Below are positions 37,069 to 45,797 of a stretch of 61,089 nt of DNA, in pieces. A model generated the notes under the pieces. That model was not told the DNA's origin. It saw nothing but the letters and a program-made list of their open reading frames with translations, and did no database searches. Origin of the DNA: a virus. Lineage: Duplodnaviria; Caudoviricetes. The stretch spans positions 1 to 61,089 of the IMG/VR virus record IMGVR_UViG_3300031658_000007; one strand, written 5' to 3'. Every line of letters starts with the position of its first letter. The stretch's first letter is position 1. Position numbers and translations under genes: made by a program.

Positions 37069-37095
37069 GCCCTAGTTATTCTAGGGCTTTTTTTT
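37069..37095 (+). terminator. Intrinsic terminator
   Basis: GCCCTAG-TTATT-CTAGGGC followed by T8. Confidence 0.85.
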
Positions 37096-37111
37096 GCACG
37101 GAATAAAAGAT

Positions 37112-37441
37112 ATGAAAATTACTATAGATCCATTAGATATGCACACAGAAATTCCACAAGAGCACTTAGTGGAGTCTTTAGGTTATATACCTTACTTTTT
37201 AAAACAAAGAATGTCTGACGAAACAGCCAAGGAAGCTTTAACAAGAATGTATGGGTTTGGTGAGTTATTTGAAATGACAAACGGGAAAGTAGTAGATTAT
37301 GTTTACAAATACTCAGGTGATCCTGACCTATACCCAATAGCTGAAATGACTAGTGGTAATACTACTGTTCTACAGTACAAATATGGGATTATAGCTATAT
37401 TAGAAGAAAACGGATCTACTTTTGTAACAAGGATGGACTAA
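37112..37441 (+). CDS. Conserved phage hypothetical protein
   Basis: LGYIP.F; Y.GDPDLYPIA; Y.YGI.A.......V.RMD. Confidence 0.7.
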   Translation: MKITIDPLDMHTEIPQEHLVESLGYIPYFLKQRMSDETAKEALTRMYGFGELFEMTNGKVVDYVYKYSGDPDLYPIAEMTSGNTTVLQYKYGIIAILEENGSTFVTRMD

Positions 37442-37443
37442 GT

Positions 37444-38841
37444 ATGCAGTTAACAAACGAACAAAAAGACATTATAGACTACACGGTACACGAAGGAGGT
37501 ATGTTACTAGTTCCAGCAGGTGCTGGTTGTGGTAAGACATTTATATCTCAAGAAGTAGTAAAAAAACTTAATCCTGCTAATGGTCTGTACACAGCTTTTA
37601 ATAAAGCAATTGTCACAGAATCAGAAGAAAAATTCAGTGATTTTAATATTACCTGTAAAACTTTACACGCACTAGCCTATAAGTACGTTAAACCTAAAAG
37701 GAATGGTGTACAGGAGCTAAGTTACAATGGTATCAAAGAAGATTTAACATACCCTGAAAAAGCATTGGTGTTAGAAAACATTAATTTATTTTTTGTATCC
37801 GATTCTATAGATATGTGGGAATTTTTTGATTTAGAATTTTCTGACGAAAAAGCATACCTTAAAAAATACGCTATTAAGTACGTTAACTTAATGTTACAAA
37901 AGAAAATACCAATGTCTTTTAACTTCATGCTGAAATACTTTCACATACTTCTAAGTGAGGGTAGGGACTGTAAATACGATATAGTAATACTAGATGAAAT
38001 TAATGATACTACGGCTGTAGCACTAGAGATATTCAAACTTATAGACTCTCCTATTAAGTTAGGTCTTGGTGAGTCTAATCAAGCTATATACCACTTCTTA
38101 AACCTTAAAGACGGTTTTGTAGAGTTGGATAAAGCTAAAACATTACCATTAACAAATTCATTTAGATGTAGTACTAGTATAGCGGCTTCTATACAAAAGT
38201 TTATGAGATCTTGGGTAACAGAAACTTTTACTTTTGTAGGTACTGAAACTCCTGTCAGTAACGGTAATACTTTATACGTCACTATGACTAACGCAGCTAT
38301 TATTTATATTATAAAAGAATTTCTTACTATAAATAAAAGATTTACGTTACTTAGAAAGATATCAGAGATATTCGCTTACCCATTAGCTATAGTCTCAGCT
38401 TCTTCAGGAAATACTGTGTACCAACACAAGTATAAGTTCTTAGAAAAAGAATACCTTTCTTATATAAAAACTAGTTGTCATAAAATGACATTTTTCTCTT
38501 ACCTGAAAGAAGTAGTAAACGATCAAGATACAAAATCAGCAGTAAACTTAATTATGTCGTTAAAAACTAGTGGTACAAACATATTTGATTTGTACGCTAA
38601 AGCAAAGGCTGTAAAGCCAGACCCTAAATACACAATTTCAACAGTCTTTACCTCTAAAGGTTTAGAATTTGAAACAGTCTATATAAATAGTGATATGAAT
38701 AATCGTATCTCTAAAATTATAGAAAAAGGAGGAATACACTCCGAAGAAGACTTGGTAGCATTTAGGTGCTACTACGTTGCATGTAGCCGTGCTGGTACAA
38801 ATTTGTACGGTGCGTCTCACTTAGACTATTATCAAAAATGA
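37444..38841 (+). CDS. Superfamily 1 (UvrD-like) helicase
   Basis: LTNEQ, AGAGCGKT, TAFNK, TLHALA, LDEIND, QAIY.F, LTNSFR, SKGLEF, YVACSRA. Confidence 0.9.
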   Translation: MQLTNEQKDIIDYTVHEGGMLLVPAGAGCGKTFISQEVVKKLNPANGLYTAFNKAIVTESEEKFSDFNITCKTLHALAYKYVKPKRNGVQELSYNGIKEDLTYPEKALVLENINLFFVSDSIDMWEFFDLEFSDEKAYLKKYAIKYVNLMLQKKIPMSFNFMLKYFHILLSEGRDCKYDIVILDEINDTTAVALEIFKLIDSPIKLGLGESNQAIYHFLNLKDGFVELDKAKTLPLTNSFRCSTSIAASIQKFMRSWVTETFTFVGTETPVSNGNTLYVTMTNAAIIYIIKEFLTINKRFTLLRKISEIFAYPLAIVSASSGNTVYQHKYKFLEKEYLSYIKTSCHKMTFFSYLKEVVNDQDTKSAVNLIMSLKTSGTNIFDLYAKAKAVKPDPKYTISTVFTSKGLEFETVYINSDMNNRISKIIEKGGIHSEEDLVAFRCYYVACSRAGTNLYGASHLDYYQK

Positions 38842-38851
38842 GGAACTCAAA

Positions 38852-39202
38852 ATGAGTATTAGTAAAATTTTAGAAATGTCAAAAAATGAAATGTCAGATG
38901 CTGAAAAACTAAGAGCTATTTCCGTTACTGTGTCTGCAGCAAGAGAATCTTATGGTAATGCTGACGCAGAAATATCAGCTGACTACGTAAGTACTGCAGA
39001 TGGTGATTTTGAAATGAAATTCCTAAATGATGAGACAAAACTTGTCTTAGTCCGCAGGGAAGTAAAACGTATTAAGATAGAGGCAATTGAAATGTCTGAA
39101 TACAGGCAAGGTGTAAATATTAACAAAGTAGTAGAGCAGCTTGTTGCTACTTCTCCTGTGTTAGTAAATATTTCTGACACTACAGAGTTTTCTTACCTGT
39201 AG
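38852..39202 (+). CDS. Hypothetical protein
   Basis: GAGG RBS; 116 aa. Confidence 0.65.
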   Translation: MSISKILEMSKNEMSDAEKLRAISVTVSAARESYGNADAEISADYVSTADGDFEMKFLNDETKLVLVRREVKRIKIEAIEMSEYRQGVNINKVVEQLVATSPVLVNISDTTEFSYL

Positions 39203-39233
39203 TTTTTATACATCGTACTAGGAGGTAATAACT

Positions 39234-39854
39234 GTGTTTTTAGCTTTCATAAAAAACAGGGCAACAGAGTTAGAAGTTGCGTCAAAAATAATGGGTGTAC
39301 ACAAAACATTACCTTTTAGTGCTGTGTTAGGTTTAGTACTAATACACAATAAAATGGGAACGCTTGAACTAAACAGGGAAATAAAAAAGTTTTCCGTAAC
39401 GGAAGATTACTCAGACGTAAATACTGTACAAGCTTTCATACAAAATCACGTTCCATATAACGTGGATACTAACGTAGCTCCTAGCGTCATAGAAAGTTAT
39501 ATAGACTACTTTGTACCTAAAGATGATTGGTCAAAAACCAATGTTAGCAATAAAGATATAATGCATTTTTGTTTAGTTATAACTAAAACAGAAGAACTAA
39601 TTTTTAAAACAAAGCTAGGGGATTTGGTGTCTAGTACAAAAACTATAAGACTACTAGCTAATGTACAAAACATATTTAAATCGTTAAAGGAGCACATATC
39701 TCTATCTGACACAGGAGGTACACTTATAGAGTTTAGTACAAGAGGACAACTTAAAAAAAAGTTAATGCATGAAATAATTAATAGTACAAATAACACATAC
39801 ACTATTAAGTACAACCCAGAATCTACACACCAAGAAGAAAAAGGTATTATATAA
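39234..39854 (+). CDS. Hypothetical protein
   Basis: AGGAGG RBS, GTG start; 206 aa. Confidence 0.65.
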   Translation: MFLAFIKNRATELEVASKIMGVHKTLPFSAVLGLVLIHNKMGTLELNREIKKFSVTEDYSDVNTVQAFIQNHVPYNVDTNVAPSVIESYIDYFVPKDDWSKTNVSNKDIMHFCLVITKTEELIFKTKLGDLVSSTKTIRLLANVQNIFKSLKEHISLSDTGGTLIEFSTRGQLKKKLMHEIINSTNNTYTIKYNPESTHQEEKGII

Positions 39855-40624
39855 TGAAACATAATAGATATGATGAAGTTATAAACCTAGTAGAAAATGA
39901 TATTCCTATACTGCTTATAGGTGAAGCAGGTAGTGGAAAAACGACACTTATAAAACAAATAGCAGAACAACTAAATCTAAAGTTTTTTTCTGTATCAATG
40001 ACAAGACAAACTACCTTATCTAGCTTAGTAGGGTTTAAAAACATTAATGGTGACTATGTTAGTAGTCAACTACGGGAAGCAGTTGAGTTTGGTGGCTTAA
40101 TGCTACTAGACGAAATTGATGCGGGAGATCCAAATGTACTACTGTGTATTAACACATTAGAAAATAATTTTATGTCATTTCCTGATATAATAGTAAAAAA
40201 ACATAAAGACTTTAGGTTGTGTGCAACAGCTAACCCTCAAGGTAAACAATTTACTGGAAGAGCAGTGCTAGATGCAGCAACACTCGATAGGTTTGACATA
40301 ATAGATTTACCTACAGACAAAAGTTTAGAAACAGAAATAATTGGTGCCTCAGTAGCAGACCAAGTTAAAGACATAAGAGAAACATTAAAAAAGTGGAATT
40401 ACGAAAAATCCATAACTATGCGTGACTCTATAAGACTAAAGAAAAGAATAGAACTTAACTTAGTTACTGGCTTTATAGAAAAGTTGTTTGAAAACAACGA
40501 TGAACTAATAGCAGATTTCAATGAAAGAAGAGAACGTAAAACTTTCATACCACAAGAAATGTGTAACACAATAGATGAATTAATTTTAAACGTAAAAAAA
40601 TCTCAAGGAGTACATGATGCTTAG
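39854..40624 (+). CDS. MoxR/CbbQ-type AAA+ ATPase
   Basis: GEAGSGKT, LLDEID, ATAN, LDAATLDRF. Confidence 0.9.
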   Translation: MKHNRYDEVINLVENDIPILLIGEAGSGKTTLIKQIAEQLNLKFFSVSMTRQTTLSSLVGFKNINGDYVSSQLREAVEFGGLMLLDEIDAGDPNVLLCINTLENNFMSFPDIIVKKHKDFRLCATANPQGKQFTGRAVLDAATLDRFDIIDLPTDKSLETEIIGASVADQVKDIRETLKKWNYEKSITMRDSIRLKKRIELNLVTGFIEKLFENNDELIADFNERRERKTFIPQEMCNTIDELILNVKKSQGVHDA

Positions 40625-41417
40625 ATTACCAGATGTTTTTCCAAAATCATGGGGGGAAAGAATAAACTTAGAAAACCTAGACTTTCTACCATTTCGTAAC
40701 TTATTACATTTTAAAAACCATGTATCTTTATTGTCACAATATGACGATGATCGTTGTGGTGTTACTTACAAACAAGCAGTATCAGATCTACTTAAAGGTA
40801 CAAGTGTTTACAACGAAGATGAGTATAAAACTATTAGGAATCTAGTGCGTAGTAACCTTCTTAAACGAGGATTACTGACACAAGAGGTATATGAACATTT
40901 TAAATATGCTACTGATGGTATTGTGGTAGATTATGATATGGGTAAGTACTCAGCAGGTGAGCCTGACTGTGTTATTACTCCTACAATGCAGTACGTAAAT
41001 TTCTTTTATGAGCTGTACATTAATATTAGCTACAGACACAACATAGAAGATTCAACTATAGCTCATAACATGAATAAAATGTTAGCTACAGTTGAAGAAT
41101 TACAACGACAGCACATCAACATTAAAATTTCTTTAGTGTTTCCTGCTAGTAAGTCTAACGATAAAAATGATTTTCTATCTGTCATACCTATTTATTCTCA
41201 CAGAGAGTTTAAAACTGCTAAAAAAATGGCTTCAGTACTAAACAATAGGTTACTACGTAAATTTTACTTTGCTATTTTAGAAAAGTATTACGGCAAAGAT
41301 TTGTCTGAAGGTTACGGAAATGAGTTAAAACTACCACATACAATGAATTTGGCTGACAATTTTGATGAAATTGAGTTTTTCACAAAAATTCAATCTCAAG
41401 CACAGGAATCACTGTAA
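40614..41417 (+). CDS. Putative partner of the AAA+ ATPase (vWA-like)
   Basis: Coupled to MoxR-type ATPase; G...D...Y.AGEP.C and LYINISY segments; no clean MIDAS motif. Confidence 0.5.
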   Translation: MMLRLPDVFPKSWGERINLENLDFLPFRNLLHFKNHVSLLSQYDDDRCGVTYKQAVSDLLKGTSVYNEDEYKTIRNLVRSNLLKRGLLTQEVYEHFKYATDGIVVDYDMGKYSAGEPDCVITPTMQYVNFFYELYINISYRHNIEDSTIAHNMNKMLATVEELQRQHINIKISLVFPASKSNDKNDFLSVIPIYSHREFKTAKKMASVLNNRLLRKFYFAILEKYYGKDLSEGYGNELKLPHTMNLADNFDEIEFFTKIQSQAQESL

Positions 41418-42835
41418 TGAGTACTTTTGAACTACTAGAGAAGTACGTAAAAAGTAAAACTAGTAACTTGGGGTATTTTCCTGAAGTAGTACAAAAAGGT
41501 ATTAACACTATTAACGGAGAGATACCGTTTAAGCTAAAACTGTCTATTACGCTATCTGAGCTGATAACATTCTCATCTCATCTAAGGAAGTCTATATCTT
41601 TGTTTGACGGTACACTAGTGCCTACAAACGCTATAGTATTTGCATTAAGCGCATCAGGTACTTCAAAAGATAAATCACTGAACGCAATTAGGAAATCGTT
41701 ACACACAGCATACTATAAGCTAGAAGAGAAACGTAAAGACTACGCTAAAGATAAAGCTAGGAAAATGGCTGTTGGACAAGGTGACACTAGAGAAGATTGG
41801 CAAAAGTACTATTTACCCCCAAAACCACTACAAGCTGGTCTAGGTACAGTAGAAGGACTGTTACACCACTTTTCTGACATAGCCTCTAACCCTTTGGGTG
41901 CAGGAAGTATTCTCAGTACAGAGATAGGAAGTGACCTACAAACTAATGGTGCTATGACCGATATTATTAAGACTATAGCCGTAGCTTATGACTTAGGTAA
42001 CGTTCCTCCTAAAATAGTTAAATCCGTAGAGAATCAAACATCAAGTATTAAAGGTTTACCTATTAATGCTCTTTTGTTTGGGTCACAGGAAGCTTTACTA
42101 TATAACAACGATATTAAGTCTAGGTTCAAACTTATATTTAATACACAGTTAGCTAGACGAAGTATATTTTCGTTTACTCCAGAAGTACCTGTTAAACCTC
42201 CTATCAAGTCTATTGATGAGTTATACGCTTTAAAGGAAAAAGAACGTGCTCAAGTACTACTAGCTCAGAAGGAACTAGACGAATTTACATCAGATCTAGT
42301 TGAACTAACTAACCAAGAACCTTTATCTGTCACTCCAGATGCTAACAAGTTATTCGATGTTTATATGGAGTACAACTCAATTATGGCTGATAACTTATCT
42401 AATAAGTATCCTATATCTAAGTTAAGCCGTAGACACAAACAATGGTTAGCACTAAAGCTGTCAGGTACTTACGCGATACTACAAAATGAAGAGCATGTTA
42501 CAGAGTTAACCTACGCTTACGCTATTAAAACAATAGAGTTTTTAGCAGAAGACTTACAAAAATTTGAGGTAGAGCTAGTAAAGGAACCTTACGAGCAACT
42601 AGCAGATCTTTGCTACTCTAAAGCAGAAGAAGGAAAGTTCACTATGTCATTACATGACTTACGTAAAATGGGCTATATAGCAGGTACAGGATCTCCTAAG
42701 AATAAGATTCTTGATCTAGCGACACTAGTTAACAGCTATGACCAAAATGCTACATACACAGGAAACCCTGATTCTATCAGTTACCAGCAAAGGTTAAAAA
42801 CTGACATTATAGGTGTTAGTTACATTATATTTTAA
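41417..42835 (+). CDS. N-terminal helicase-like (DUF3987-type) part of an N4 gp43-like primase
   Basis: ALSASGTSKDKS, EIGSDL, YDLG, LLFGS, LARRS, ALKLSGTYA, EPYEQLA. Confidence 0.7.
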   Translation: MSTFELLEKYVKSKTSNLGYFPEVVQKGINTINGEIPFKLKLSITLSELITFSSHLRKSISLFDGTLVPTNAIVFALSASGTSKDKSLNAIRKSLHTAYYKLEEKRKDYAKDKARKMAVGQGDTREDWQKYYLPPKPLQAGLGTVEGLLHHFSDIASNPLGAGSILSTEIGSDLQTNGAMTDIIKTIAVAYDLGNVPPKIVKSVENQTSSIKGLPINALLFGSQEALLYNNDIKSRFKLIFNTQLARRSIFSFTPEVPVKPPIKSIDELYALKEKERAQVLLAQKELDEFTSDLVELTNQEPLSVTPDANKLFDVYMEYNSIMADNLSNKYPISKLSRRHKQWLALKLSGTYAILQNEEHVTELTYAYAIKTIEFLAEDLQKFEVELVKEPYEQLADLCYSKAEEGKFTMSLHDLRKMGYIAGTGSPKNKILDLATLVNSYDQNATYTGNPDSISYQQRLKTDIIGVSYIIF

Positions 42836-42847
42836 GGAGATACCACA

Positions 42848-43174
42848 ATGAAAAGTAAAAATAAAAATAGGCAGTTAGTTCAAGATATGATTTACATTCT
42901 AAAATCATGGAAAAATGGAAAAGCAGTAGAGTACTACTCTAAAGAAGCTCAAGATTGGTTAGAACTGTCTGATACTCCTGTATGGGACTTTAAAGAAGAG
43001 GTGTACAGAGTTAAACCATCATACAAATACATAATGCTACACCCAAATAAGGAATACGACAGAGTACCAGTTAATCCCGTATGCGAAGATATAGAACGAT
43101 ACGTTAAAAATATAGAAGAAATAGGTGAACTTGAGAAATTAGGGTACGAACTGTATAAAAGAGATAGTGTATGA
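42848..43174 (+). CDS. Hypothetical protein inserted between the primase halves
   Basis: AGGAG RBS; W..GK.VEY.....W.....P.WDF....YRVKP motif. Confidence 0.7.
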   Translation: MKSKNKNRQLVQDMIYILKSWKNGKAVEYYSKEAQDWLELSDTPVWDFKEEVYRVKPSYKYIMLHPNKEYDRVPVNPVCEDIERYVKNIEEIGELEKLGYELYKRDSV

Positions 43175-43947
43175 AAAATGCAGAGATGAAAGAGTACATG
43201 AAAGTTAATTGTGATAGTGGTTACGAACACCATGAAACAAAATTTGATGAACTTCCATTACTTCTACAAGAAAACGCTGCTTACAGCCCATTTAAATTTG
43301 AAAACGGGAAGAGAGCTAAAGCTAATATCATTGGTGGTGCTAAGTTTGTTGTGCTAGATATAGATAAATCTAAGCTAACAGATGAAGAAGCACATGTTCT
43401 TCTAGACGAGTATAACCACCATATTGCTAGAACTAGTGACCCTGAAAACAAATACAAGTTTCGTGTACTTGTAGAGCTAGACGCTGTTGTAGACGTAGAA
43501 GATCGTATGTGGACTTCTTTTATAGAAGAAGTAGGTATTGAACTTGGTTTTGTTATAGACAACCTACCTAAGAGCCAGATTTTCTTTTCTTACGCAGGAA
43601 GAGATATCCATACGCAACTAGAAGGCATACCTATGAAAGTTAAGCCACTGCTAGACCGTGCAGCTATACGATTACGTGATAAGCCAAAACCTGCTAGAGA
43701 GCTTCCAAATGCTAATAAACAGCAACTACTAGATGACCCACGTACTACGTTTGAATTTGCGTATAACGCAGAACAAGGAGAACGCAGCAGGTTAATGTAT
43801 AGATGTCTGGCCTACGCAATTGATCTAGGGGCTAGTGAAGAATATGTGACAACTCTAGCACACGAGGTTGATAACTATTGGGTTACACCTATGGACCCAG
43901 ATCGTTTGTTACACACACTAATAAACCCAGCGTTAAGGAGAATGTAA
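43171..43947 (+). CDS. Primase (AEP/prim-pol-like) catalytic part
   Basis: VVLDID, RTS....KFRV, GERS..MY C-terminal helical domain. Confidence 0.75.
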   Translation: MKNAEMKEYMKVNCDSGYEHHETKFDELPLLLQENAAYSPFKFENGKRAKANIIGGAKFVVLDIDKSKLTDEEAHVLLDEYNHHIARTSDPENKYKFRVLVELDAVVDVEDRMWTSFIEEVGIELGFVIDNLPKSQIFFSYAGRDIHTQLEGIPMKVKPLLDRAAIRLRDKPKPARELPNANKQQLLDDPRTTFEFAYNAEQGERSRLMYRCLAYAIDLGASEEYVTTLAHEVDNYWVTPMDPDRLLHTLINPALRRM

Positions 43948-43949
43948 GT

Positions 43950-44369
43950 ATGTGGGAGTGTGTTGATAAAAAAATACTTTCACATGAAGATTTACACAAA
44001 GAATGTGTATCTATTGTATACGAACTTGAGTTTGAAGACGGTACACTATACATAGGAAAACTAGTAGTTAGGTCTATGCGTAGGCTAAAGCCCACTAAGG
44101 CTCAGTTAGCTATCCGCAAAAACTACAAAAGAGTAGAACTTAAAAATATACCTTTTGTGAACTACACAGGGTCATCAGAAGAAGTTAAAGGTAAAATTGC
44201 AGTAAGAAAAGAAATACTACACCAGTGTAGCAATAAAAAAACTGCAACATATCTGGAAGCAAAAGAACTATTTACTGCTAATGTTTTATACAACGACAGT
44301 TACTTAAATAAAAATATTAGTGGTGTTTACTTTGAAAATTCGTTAGACGGATTAATTTTACTTAGTTAG
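43950..44369 (+). CDS. GIY-YIG (Seg-like) endonuclease-family protein
   Basis: IVYEL....LYIGK; Y.GSS; EIL; YLEAK; LN.NI.G; ATG 43950. Confidence 0.75.
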   Translation: MWECVDKKILSHEDLHKECVSIVYELEFEDGTLYIGKLVVRSMRRLKPTKAQLAIRKNYKRVELKNIPFVNYTGSSEEVKGKIAVRKEILHQCSNKKTATYLEAKELFTANVLYNDSYLNKNISGVYFENSLDGLILLS

Positions 44370-44379
44370 GAGAAATATT

Positions 44380-44847
44380 ATGGGACTAGACATGTATCTA
44401 GATGCCGATATTTATATTGGTGCAAAGCACGATCATAGAAAAGTTAGTGGTAAAATTGAAATTGAAATTGAAGGTTTACTAGTACCTCTAGGTATAGAAG
44501 ATGTTGAGTCTATAACAAAAAACATAGGTTACTGGAGAAAAGCTAATGCAATACATAATTGGTTTTTAGAAAATTGTACATGCAGTGAAGAGGGACAAGA
44601 AGCGTCTGTGTCAATAGACGATCTAGAGAATCTAGCGGTAGCTTGTGAGAAAGTTTTAGCTTATAGAACACTAGCAGAAGACATACTTCCTACAAGCAGT
44701 GGGTTTTTCTTTGGTTGTACAGACTACGACGATTACTACTATGAAACACTTAAAGATACTTTAGATGTAATAGACAAAGCTAAAGAATTAAAAGATACGT
44801 TACCTCTTAGTGCTTACTTAACATTTAAGTACACAGCTAGTTGGTAG
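44380..44847 (+). CDS. Conserved phage protein
   Basis: MGLDMYL...YWRKANAIHNWF...LPT.SGFFFG..DYD..Y...Y.ASW. Confidence 0.8.
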   Translation: MGLDMYLDADIYIGAKHDHRKVSGKIEIEIEGLLVPLGIEDVESITKNIGYWRKANAIHNWFLENCTCSEEGQEASVSIDDLENLAVACEKVLAYRTLAEDILPTSSGFFFGCTDYDDYYYETLKDTLDVIDKAKELKDTLPLSAYLTFKYTASW

Positions 44848-44881
44848 CCAATAAAATAACTAATAAACAACGTGGGGTACT

Positions 44882-45535
44882 ATGTCATACCTAAAAGTAA
44901 CTTATGAAGTGTACAACACTTTATTTAAAATAAATAAGGTACTTAAAAAGCTAAACACACACAGTATATTAGCATTTGACGTTGAAACTAGATCTGCTTA
45001 CTCACAAAAAGAAGTTAAAGAAGCTAAAGATCTACTAAAACATCCTGAACTTATAAAACCTGAGTACCTAATCCTAGTTAAACAGGTAGCTAAATCATCA
45101 GGTTTGAGTTGTCCACAGCTTATACACACGACACACTTTATATTTGGTTTGTCAGAAACTGAGAGTGTGATACTGATCGCACCAGATAAAAAGACAGAAG
45201 TAGCCTTATGGAATTGGGTTGTACAGTACAAAGGTAAATTGTTAATACATAACACAGGGTTTGATTTAAAGATCTGTTACCAGCGTACAGGACAGTTTCC
45301 TGTTGATTACGAAGATACTCAACTACTAGCTAAGTGCTACATGAATAACGCAGAAAACTGGAAGGCTAGAACAGGACTTAAATTGTTAATGGGACAGTAC
45401 TATGATCCTAAATGGAGTTTGTTTGAAGACTACAATGTTGAAAAACTAAACAACAAAGACTTTGTATCATACTGCTCAATTGATGGTGCTGCAGTAGTAA
45501 TGCTGTGGAACCAATTAAAGGAGTACGTAAAATGA
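44882..45535 (+). CDS. 3'-5' exonuclease subunit of a split family A DNA polymerase
   Basis: ExoI FDVET, ExoII HNTGFDL, ExoIII YCSID. Confidence 0.85.
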   Translation: MSYLKVTYEVYNTLFKINKVLKKLNTHSILAFDVETRSAYSQKEVKEAKDLLKHPELIKPEYLILVKQVAKSSGLSCPQLIHTTHFIFGLSETESVILIAPDKKTEVALWNWVVQYKGKLLIHNTGFDLKICYQRTGQFPVDYEDTQLLAKCYMNNAENWKARTGLKLLMGQYYDPKWSLFEDYNVEKLNNKDFVSYCSIDGAAVVMLWNQLKEYVK

Positions 45536-45618
45536 AAACCAAGATAGAGTACAGAGTAAATGGCTGCTTAACTGACATAGAGACATCTGCTAGTAGTATA
45601 TTTGTGGAGGTGTTGTGA
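45532..45618 (+). CDS. Micro ORF (28 aa) between the polymerase halves
   Basis: ATGA overlap and AAGGAG RBS; couples to the next ORF. Confidence 0.4.
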   Translation: MKTKIEYRVNGCLTDIETSASSIFVEVL

Positions 45619-45797
45619 TGTCAGGCAACATGTACCAACTAAGGCACCCTAACAAAATACCTATAGGTGGGTATTTTTTTGTGGATGGTCCTTTTGATGC
45701 TCATGGTTATGTACTTCAACATATACATACCAACGAAAAAGGTACTCTGCACCTAATAAGAGGTACTGGTACTAAAGACAGGAGGAATAAAAAATGA
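45618..45797 (+). CDS. Small hypothetical protein between the polymerase halves
   Basis: GGAGG RBS; overlaps the polymerase start (ATGA). Confidence 0.55.
   Translation: MSGNMYQLRHPNKIPIGGYFFVDGPFDAHGYVLQHIHTNEKGTLHLIRGTGTKDRRNKK

Noticed and set aside
25893-37110. tRNA genes in intergenic gaps
   Set aside because: No cloverleaf with a T-loop GTTCRA and D-loop found by eye; tRNAscan-SE would be decisive
45536-45793. Group I intron or intein splitting the DNA polymerase (likewise the primase gap)
   Set aside because: The gaps are filled by RBS-bearing coupled ORFs; no intron core or intein termini recognised
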